This document shows, in pieces, positions 8,340 through 13,854 of a stretch of 17,004 nucleotides of DNA. The first letter of the stretch is position 1. Each line of letters starts with the position of its first letter. Position numbers and translations under genes: made by a program. The notes beneath the pieces are model-generated. The model was not told where the DNA came from. It did no database searches and was given only the letters and a program-made list of their open reading frames with translations. The stretch spans positions 5,099 to 22,102 of the forward strand of contig CAJTSN010000027.1 in assembly GCA_910578745.1 (NCBI GenBank), read 5' to 3'. Origin of the DNA: an uncultured Bacilli bacterium. GTDB taxonomy: Bacteria; Bacillota_I; Bacilli_A; RF39; UBA660.

Positions 8340-8413
8340 CGGGACGAGCCCCAACAGAACGTCCCGTAACATGGGAGCAGTCCCTATTCCCATTTCAGCC
8401 AACGGCGCGCGCG
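8340..8413 (-). repeat. DGR variable repeat (VR)
   Basis: It aligns base for base with 9922-9995 (offset +1582). There are 13 mismatches, at 8357, 8358, 8363, 8364, 8373, 8375, 8376, 8377, 8382, 8383, 8396, 8399 and 8400. Every one lies opposite a plus-strand T of the TR, which is a coding-strand A. No mismatch occurs at the other 51 positions. Confidence 0.92.
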
Positions 8414-8622
8414 TCATTATCACCATCAGATGACTTTGTCCACCAACAACCTGCTCTATCCTTTCCACTACATCCTTCATTTGTGTAAGAATTTGATGCT
8501 ACATAACCTCCTAATAAAATAGAAAAGTCTGTTATAGCACATGCTGTTCCATACTTTTTCATTATATCTAACGAATTGCTTCCAAATATCTGTTCCTCCG
8601 TTAGAAATGTAAAACTATTCAT
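8395..8622 (-). CDS. N-terminal fragment of the DGR target (variable ligand-binding-type domain), truncated by a stop generated inside the VR
   Basis: The 75-aa ORF has a good RBS. FLTEEQIFG...ACAITDFS...GCWWTKSS...ARAVG followed downstream in frame by VGARPAL resembles the '...WWLRS....A..V..G......GVRPAL' C-terminal half of lectin-like domains that are commonly DGR-diversified in Bacillota. This resemblance is from memory and has not been searched. Confidence 0.65.
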   Translation of the reverse strand: MNSFTFLTEEQIFGSNSLDIMKKYGTACAITDFSILLGGYVASNSYTNEGCSGKDRAGCWWTKSSDGDNDARAVG

Positions 8623-8674
8623 ATATATATCACCACTTTTATTTTAACATATTTTCCCATTATTTGACAATTTT

Positions 8675-9697
8675 TTATTTAAAAGGGAAAGTATCCATTT
8701 TTAGCCTTTCACTTTCTTGTGTATTCTTAATATGATTATAAAAAGCATTTTTTCGAATATATACATATTCATCATCAACGATTCCCTTATTATATAATTT
8801 GTTTACTGTTTTTAAATGTTTTCTCATTCGCTGTTTTGAAGTATACCTTAACTTCACAATGATTTTCCCTGTAGTTGTTAAAATATGACGATACCCTAAA
8901 AAATCGACTCCATTTTTAACCATTCCTATTTGTGTCTTATCATTTAATTCTAAATTCAATACATTTTTACATAATTTTTCGATTTCCTGTTTACATAAAG
9001 CTAAATATTTTTTATCTCTATGAGGTAATATCATATCATCCATATAACGTACATATCCACGAATTCTCAAACTTTCTTTTATAAAGTGATCCACTTTATT
9101 TAAATATAAAAGAGCAAACCACTGACTTGATTGATTTCCTAAAGGCAAACCCACACTTGCATGATCTGGTTGTTCCTGAATCAATTTCCTTATCATCCAC
9201 ATCTCATCCTCTGAAAAATGGATTTCTTCTAAAAGGTGAATCAATATATCATGATTTATACTGGGAAAATACTTACGTATATCACATTTTAAAAAATATA
9301 TATTATTATTATTTTCTCCTCTATATTCTTTTCTTAAAAAAGCATGCAATCTTTCTATAGCAAAATTTGTTCCCTTTCCTTTTCGACATGCACAATTGTC
9401 ATATACTAATCTTTTATCTATTTTAGGTTTTAAACAAGCATCACAAAAACATCGAATGACCACTCGATCTTTAAAGGGAAGCGCTTCTATTAATCGTTCT
9501 TTAGGTTCATAAACATAAAATTTTTTATATTTTCCTAATGTATACTTTTTTGTAACCAATTCTTTATGTAGAGTATTTAAATTAAGCGCTAAAGCGGTTT
9601 CGAATCGAATGACCTCTCCCTTATGTTGCTTAGACATCCTACAATTTTTATAAGCTTCATTCAAATTTTCAAAAGTAAAAATTTCATCCAAATGCAT
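8675..9697 (-). CDS. DGR-type reverse transcriptase
   Basis: RT motifs are present: EPKERLIEALPFKDRVV, FLKCDIRKYFPSI, the catalytic YVRYMDDMIL, and FLGYR. Motif 4 reads LPLGNQSSQWFA, the 'GxxxSQ' form typical of DGR RTs rather than the 'QGxxxSP' form of group II intron and retron RTs. The size is 340 aa and there is no X/En or extra domain. I set the start at the ATG at 9697 (GGAGG 5 nt upstream) rather than 9736. Confidence 0.9.
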   Translation of the reverse strand: MHLDEIFTFENLNEAYKNCRMSKQHKGEVIRFETALALNLNTLHKELVTKKYTLGKYKKFYVYEPKERLIEALPFKDRVVIRCFCDACLKPKIDKRLVYDNCACRKGKGTNFAIERLHAFLRKEYRGENNNNIYFLKCDIRKYFPSINHDILIHLLEEIHFSEDEMWMIRKLIQEQPDHASVGLPLGNQSSQWFALLYLNKVDHFIKESLRIRGYVRYMDDMILPHRDKKYLALCKQEIEKLCKNVLNLELNDKTQIGMVKNGVDFLGYRHILTTTGKIIVKLRYTSKQRMRKHLKTVNKLYNKGIVDDEYVYIRKNAFYNHIKNTQESERLKMDTFPFK

Positions 9698-9921
9698 ACT
9701 TTCCTCCAAAAAATAAACACCCCCTATAACGCACAAAGAGTCATCTTACTCATTGCTTGTGTGAGTGTTCCTATATTTTTCCATCGCATCTTTGAAAATA
9801 CATCTTTTAGCGATTAGAAAAGAAGAAAATTCCTTCACCTTACAATACGGATATATTTTTCTTAAAATATATTTCTCTGATTTGTTTTCTGAATTTTATA
9901 AAAATTCCTTCAAAAGTGAAT
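9698..9921 (-). ncRNA. TR-to-RT spacer, probably part of the non-coding DGR template RNA
   Basis: It has no credible ORF on the minus strand. It lies between the TR and the RT start, where DGR spacer RNA is located in characterised elements. Several AT-rich hairpins are visible, for example GAAUUUU-UAU-AAAAUUC and AUCGC...GCGAU. Confidence 0.45.
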
Positions 9922-9995
9922 CGGGACGAGCCCCAACATTACGTTTCGTAACATTGTTTCAGTTTCTATTCCCATTTTAGTTAACGGCGCGCGCG
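9922..9995 (-). repeat. DGR template repeat (TR)
   Basis: It is a non-coding copy of the VR with 23 coding-strand adenines. In the target frame it reads A R A V N * N G N R N * N N V T K R N V G A R P and is rich in AAC/AAT codons. It is bounded by CGCGCGCGCC at the 5' end and GGGGCTCGTCCC at the 3' end. Confidence 0.92.
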
Positions 9996-10071
9996 AAGAC
10001 GCAGAGGGCTCTAAGGCCAAAGCCAAAAAAATAAATTTTCTCCTTAATTAAAGGTTTTTCAACCTAAAATC

Positions 10072-10665
10072 CTAATTTCTTTTTCTCCATCTTTCATCAT
10101 CGCTTTTCTTCCAAGCAATAACTAAATTAATTGTTTCTGCTAATTGCATAGAGATTTGATTATATTGCTTCTTTAAAATACAACCTGAACTCTCAGCAAC
10201 CATTGCTATATATCCAAGCAATTTCAATTTCACAATCGCTTCTTTTTGATAATGTTCCCTTTTTACTTTGTTTGAAGCAGAGTCCATTCGAATAAAATTT
10301 GCTTCTAATAAACACTCTATAGTATCTAAACAGTAATTCTGCATCCGATTTACAAATACACCTCTAAATTTCTTTGGAGATTTTTCTGTAACTGTAATTA
10401 CATAAGCACACAACTTTTTTGCTACTGTAATAACAATTAAATCATTTGCATTAGAAGGAATTTTATCAATTATTTTTAACTCTTCCTCTTCTACTTTCAT
10501 TTGTTCTCTCATCTTTTTTTGATTAAACTTTTCATGCGTAGCAACAGCGATTCCTTTTTTTGTTGCAATAACATCTTCAATTTCATTGGCTGTTCTTTCT
10601 ACAATCTCTATTTTTTTAGGAATTTTTAAATTATTATCACGACTGACTTGCAACACATGTATCAC
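10072..10665 (-). CDS. avd: Avd-like accessory variability determinant (four-helix-bundle family). The start is uncertain.
   Basis: The C-terminal segment of about 130 aa (KKFRGVFVNRM...LLEANFIR...KREHYQKEAIVKLKLLGYIAMVAES..ILKKQYNQIS..LAETINLVIAWKKS) fits the Avd/four-helix-bundle pattern. The gene sits immediately upstream of the TR. The ORF-track start is a GTG without a well-spaced RBS. Internal ATGs (codons 52 and 56) would give a more typical size of about 140 aa. Confidence 0.75.
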   Translation of the reverse strand: MIHVLQVSRDNNLKIPKKIEIVERTANEIEDVIATKKGIAVATHEKFNQKKMREQMKVEEEELKIIDKIPSNANDLIVITVAKKLCAYVITVTEKSPKKFRGVFVNRMQNYCLDTIECLLEANFIRMDSASNKVKREHYQKEAIVKLKLLGYIAMVAESSGCILKKQYNQISMQLAETINLVIAWKKSDDERWRKRN

Positions 10666-10729
10666 AACCTTATTTCAATTCATTGAAGTAAGCAAATAGC
10701 TCTTTTTCATACTCATTTGAATGATTTAT

Positions 10730-10738
10730 AGTATATCA
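10730..10738 (-). promoter_or_regulatory. Candidate extended -10 promoter for the avd/TR/RT transcript
   Basis: The minus strand reads TGaTATACT (TG at 10738-10737, hexamer at 10735-10730), about 65 nt upstream of the avd ORF. There is no good -35. Confidence 0.3.
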
Positions 10739-10885
10739 CCTTTTTTTATCTTTGAATAGTCCTAATTTAAAATCATGTCATTTTATTTCTTTTCCAATCT
10801 CTTATTCTCTTAAAAAGTATGTCGAAAAAGAAGAGATGAATTGTAATAAAGTATATATTTTAGTATAGTAAGATTGGTGATTATA

Positions 10886-12022
10886 ATGAATCTATCAAAA
10901 TATAAAGTTGAAAAATCATTAGTCCTTATTATGATTTTATTTTTTACTATTAGTCTTATTTCTATTTATAGTGCAGGAGCAATTGATAGTGATAATGTTA
11001 ACTTATACATTAAACAACTCATGTGGTATATCTGTGGCACACTTTTAATATTTTTCATTATGTTTATTGGAAATGACTTTTTCATAAAAAATAGTTTTAT
11101 TTTTTATATTCTTGGAAATATTTTTCTTTTACTTCTTTTATTCTTCGCTCGACCCATTAATGATGCAAAATGTTGGTTTGAAATAAAAGGAATTGGGACA
11201 ATTCAACCCAGTGAGTTTATGAAAATCATTCTTATTCTTTTTTTAAGTAAGCAAATAGATGATTTTCGAGGGAAATACACAAATCCAACGATAACGGAAG
11301 AATTTTTATTTCTATTAAAAATAATTATCATCGTTTCAATTCCTAGTATTCTTACCTTTTTAGAACCCGATACTGGTGTTGTTTTAATTTATCTATTAAT
11401 TACCTTTATTATGCTTTTTGTTGGTGGTATTCGTATTCGATGGTTTTTGCTCTTTATTCTTCTGTGCGTTTTAGGAGTTGGGACTTTATTATTTATTTAC
11501 TTTCAAAACCAAGATTTATTTATTAAACTTTTTGGAACAAGCTTTTTTCTTCGTATTGATCGCTTATTAGATTGGTCCAATAAAAGCGGTTTTCAACTAG
11601 AACATGGTTTATTTTCAATTGGTTCGGCGGGTCCTTTTGGACACGGGATTAAAAAAACGCCCCTTTATTTTCCAGAAGCACACACGGATTTTATCTTTGC
11701 TGTATATGCTTCTAATTTTGGATTACTTGGATCTTTATTTCTTTTATGCCTCATCTTATTTTTTGACCTAAAACTGATCCAAACCGCTTTAAAAGCAAAA
11801 AATAATATTTATAAATATATTACAGCTGGAATTGTTGGAATGCTTATCTATCAACAAATTCAAAATATAGGAATGACTTTTGGAGTCATGCCCATTACAG
11901 GTATTACTTTACCCTTTATAAGTTATGGAGGTTCTAGTTTATTAAGCTATATGTTTATGGTTGGAATTCTTTTCAATATTTCGAATCATGTACTAAAATA
12001 CCACCGAAACTATTATAAATAA
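10886..12022 (+). CDS. SEDS-family peptidoglycan glycosyltransferase (FtsW/RodA/SpoVE)
   Basis: It is a polytopic membrane protein of about 10 TM helices with family motifs QPSEFMKI, EPDTG, PEAHTDFIF and LPFISYGGSS. The ATG at 10886 is preferred over the TTG at 10874, but the start is uncertain. Confidence 0.88.
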   Translation: MNLSKYKVEKSLVLIMILFFTISLISIYSAGAIDSDNVNLYIKQLMWYICGTLLIFFIMFIGNDFFIKNSFIFYILGNIFLLLLLFFARPINDAKCWFEIKGIGTIQPSEFMKIILILFLSKQIDDFRGKYTNPTITEEFLFLLKIIIIVSIPSILTFLEPDTGVVLIYLLITFIMLFVGGIRIRWFLLFILLCVLGVGTLLFIYFQNQDLFIKLFGTSFFLRIDRLLDWSNKSGFQLEHGLFSIGSAGPFGHGIKKTPLYFPEAHTDFIFAVYASNFGLLGSLFLLCLILFFDLKLIQTALKAKNNIYKYITAGIVGMLIYQQIQNIGMTFGVMPITGITLPFISYGGSSLLSYMFMVGILFNISNHVLKYHRNYYK

Positions 12023-12046
12023 CAGAAGAAATCCTTCTGTTTTTTG
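12022..12046 (+). terminator. Intrinsic terminator after the SEDS gene
   Basis: ACAGAAG (12022-12028), loop AAATC, then CTTCTGT (12034-12040) form a perfect 7-bp stem. TTTTT follows. Confidence 0.75.
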
Positions 12047-12130
12047 TATTCGTAGTTTAAATCTATATTTGAATAAATCGTTTTATAATAAAAGCATATA
12101 AATTCAATTTTAAAAAAATACATATCTATC

Positions 12131-12156
12131 ACAAAAAAAGAGAAACAATTCTCTTT
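12131..12156 (-). terminator. Intrinsic terminator after the pilin-like gene
   Basis: The minus strand reads AAGAGAA-TTGT-TTCTCTT (12155..12138), a perfect 7-bp stem, followed by TTTTTTG. Confidence 0.7.
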
Positions 12157-13787
12157 TATTTAATCGTTATAACAGGTCTAAAACCAATTTTCAAATTGGC
12201 AGAACCATTTGTTCTATCATATGCATATAGTCCACTCGTTGTATTTCCAGAATAGTTTCCACCACGAACCATATATTTATTTGTAGCATCTACCATATTA
12301 TGCTTATCTTCATACTTTCCAAATAATGCCCCACCAGCACAATTGGCTTCTGTATTTAAACACGCTTTATTCGGGTAATAATCGACATATTTATTATCTA
12401 TAGCCGTTCCCCCTAAATTCAAAGATGTTCCATTATAGGCCATAACAAATTCTTCGTATCCTCCCGACATATCATAAATACCTGTGATATTCCCAGAAGT
12501 AGTTCCACTCATAGAAGCTTGACTCGCATAATTATTCTTGCACTCCGTAGAAACACTTCCACCAGCATTTCCAGAAGTACAACCTGTTATTGTTCCTCTA
12601 TTATAGTAATTATTAAGCCATATTTCTTCCTTTTTTCCATAATTAGAATCGGTTAGGTAAGCAACAGCCCCCCACTCCACATTCTTCATAAGATGGGTAT
12701 CAACTTGTGCAGAATTTAACCCAAATGAATCTGTAGAAGTAGCCATATTTTGTGTAACTTTAAAAGCATTAGCAAGGGATATACCTGACCAAGAATTTCT
12801 ACCTGGAACGGTTACTAAATCAATATGTGTTTTATTACAACTTGCTATATCTGGCGTTTGAAAGCAACTTGTATTAATAGGAGCACTCGCCTCGAATTTC
12901 GCAACCCACATTCCTTCTAACTGCTTTCCACCAAATTGAAAAGCGGGATGAATTCGATAGCCACTCGTTGGTGAAGTCTGTGTTGTTTTAATAAAGCGAA
13001 TAGCAAAACCATTTCCTTCTTGCTTATACTCATATCGTGGAATCCATACATACATTCCTGTTACATCATCTAAACTAATTTTAGTTCCTGGAACAGCTCT
13101 TTGATAATAAGATCTTGCATGTTTTGCATTTCCATCTAGGCAAGTTACTCCCTGTCTAGACTCACAATCAGACTTATTCTTAGAAAATGTCATCGCATTT
13201 GCCCATTTCTTTTCTCCATAGTTATACCAAGCTGTCGTCTTATCGGCTATAACCCAGTAACCTTTATCTTCCCTATACACAACTGGCACTAATCCATCAA
13301 CTAAGGAAGGATAAATTCCATCTTGCAAAGTATTATCTTTATAAGATGGCTTTGGTTCTTTATTTACATCGGTTGCATTTGTACACTCAATATCTTCAGA
13401 CAAAACATATTCAAATTCATTAAACTCATTCGTCGTTGCATAAATAATTCGCTTTAAAAAATTTTTCTTTTCTTCCTCGGTTTTCCCATAATCAATATAA
13501 TCTTGTAATTTTTCTTCTTCTATCTTTCCAGCATCAATTAATTCTTTAATAGTAATACAATAACTTGCCCTCTCTTCAGGCCCTATATATAGTTTTTGAT
13601 AAGTATTCGTATCGCCACTAGTATAGCTATCAGCTGCATCATACAACATTTGCTTTGCTGTATCACTAATAGCCCCTCTTTTAGATGCTGTCAAATTTTG
13701 AATTTGTGGAAGAGCAACAATAATAACTAATCCCATGATTATGACTACTGCTAACATTTCTACTAAAGTAAATCCTCTTTTTCTCAT
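12156..13787 (-). CDS. Prepilin-type (type IV pilin/pseudopilin-like) protein with a large C-terminal FGE-sulfatase/C-type-lectin-like domain
   Basis: The N-terminus MRKRGFTLVEMLAVVIIMGLVII is a class III signal, with cleavage after G and Glu at +5. The C-terminal part has WVAKFEAS, VEWGAVAYL, GIYDMSGG and a terminal MVRGGNYSG...GFRPVI, resembling the 'RGG....GFR' end of FGE-like folds. Confidence 0.7.
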   Translation of the reverse strand: MRKRGFTLVEMLAVVIIMGLVIIVALPQIQNLTASKRGAISDTAKQMLYDAADSYTSGDTNTYQKLYIGPEERASYCITIKELIDAGKIEEEKLQDYIDYGKTEEEKKNFLKRIIYATTNEFNEFEYVLSEDIECTNATDVNKEPKPSYKDNTLQDGIYPSLVDGLVPVVYREDKGYWVIADKTTAWYNYGEKKWANAMTFSKNKSDCESRQGVTCLDGNAKHARSYYQRAVPGTKISLDDVTGMYVWIPRYEYKQEGNGFAIRFIKTTQTSPTSGYRIHPAFQFGGKQLEGMWVAKFEASAPINTSCFQTPDIASCNKTHIDLVTVPGRNSWSGISLANAFKVTQNMATSTDSFGLNSAQVDTHLMKNVEWGAVAYLTDSNYGKKEEIWLNNYYNRGTITGCTSGNAGGSVSTECKNNYASQASMSGTTSGNITGIYDMSGGYEEFVMAYNGTSLNLGGTAIDNKYVDYYPNKACLNTEANCAGGALFGKYEDKHNMVDATNKYMVRGGNYSGNTTSGLYAYDRTNGSANLKIGFRPVITIK

Positions 13788-13825
13788 ACTCGTCCCTCTA
13801 TTCTTATATTTATTATATCTTTGAA

Positions 13826-13854
13826 AAGAAAAAAATGCAACAACTAAGCTGCAT
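13826..13854 (-). terminator. Intrinsic terminator after rpmF
   Basis: The minus strand reads ATGCAGC-TTAGTT-GTTGCAT (13854..13835), 7 bp with one G-U pair, followed by TTTTTTT. The hairpin overlaps the rpmF stop codon. Confidence 0.7.

Larger units (their letters stand above)
6685..8622 (-). pseudogene. Full DGR target reading frame (645 codons) interrupted by one in-frame TGA inside the VR. It is either a phase-OFF allele or a recently inactivated gene.
   Basis: ORF 8622..8395 and ORF 8295..6685 are in the same frame (8397-8295 = 102 nt). The 33 codons between them contain no stop. The only stop is TGA at 8395-8397, where the TR has TAA. The ATG at 8622 has GGTGA 8 nt upstream, while the GTG at 8295 has no spaced RBS. 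Confidence 0.65.
8340..10665 (-). mobile_element. Diversity-generating retroelement cassette (avd - TR - spacer - RT - VR)
   Basis: All four canonical DGR components are present, co-oriented and contiguous. The TR/VR mismatches are restricted to adenines. Confidence 0.9.

Noticed and set aside
8395-8397. The TGA inside the VR could be read as Trp (genetic code 4), which would make the target an uninterrupted gene.
   Set aside because: Every conserved gene in the window (ftsY, rnj, the kinase, the SEDS gene, the RT and others) is full length with no internal TGA under the standard code. Checked Trp codons are TGG. Several genes terminate at TGA, for example at 6685 and 16264. Code 4 genomes normally show frequent in-frame TGA. 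Programmed readthrough cannot be excluded, but nothing supports it.
8675-9736. The RT could be a retron or a group II intron maturase.
   Set aside because: Motif 4 has GxxxSQ, not QGxxxSP. There is no maturase X or endonuclease domain and no intron ribozyme-like structured flanks. The adjacent adenine-specific TR/VR pair and the Avd-like gene fit a DGR.
9623-9980. Plus-strand ORFs 9623-9817 and 9765-9980 overlap the RT 5' end, the spacer and the TR.
   Set aside because: Their products are low-complexity and Phe/Ile/Leu-rich, as is typical of antisense or AT-rich noise. They have no RBS. The second runs through the non-coding TR.
10841-10869. A possible sigma-A promoter for the SEDS gene: TTGTAA, 17 nt, TATAGT.
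   Set aside because: The spacing is good, but the predicted transcription start would leave only about 10 nt before the ATG at 10886, which barely accommodates the RBS. This is too uncertain to list as a feature.
12156-12310. The C-terminal 'RGGNYSGNTTSGLYAYDRTNGSANLKIGFRPV' of the pilin-like protein could be a second (remote) VR of the DGR.
   Set aside because: I can find no nucleotide similarity to the TR (9922-9995). The GC-rich boundary strings GGGGCTCGTCCC and CGCGCGCGCC occur only at the TR and the VR in this window.
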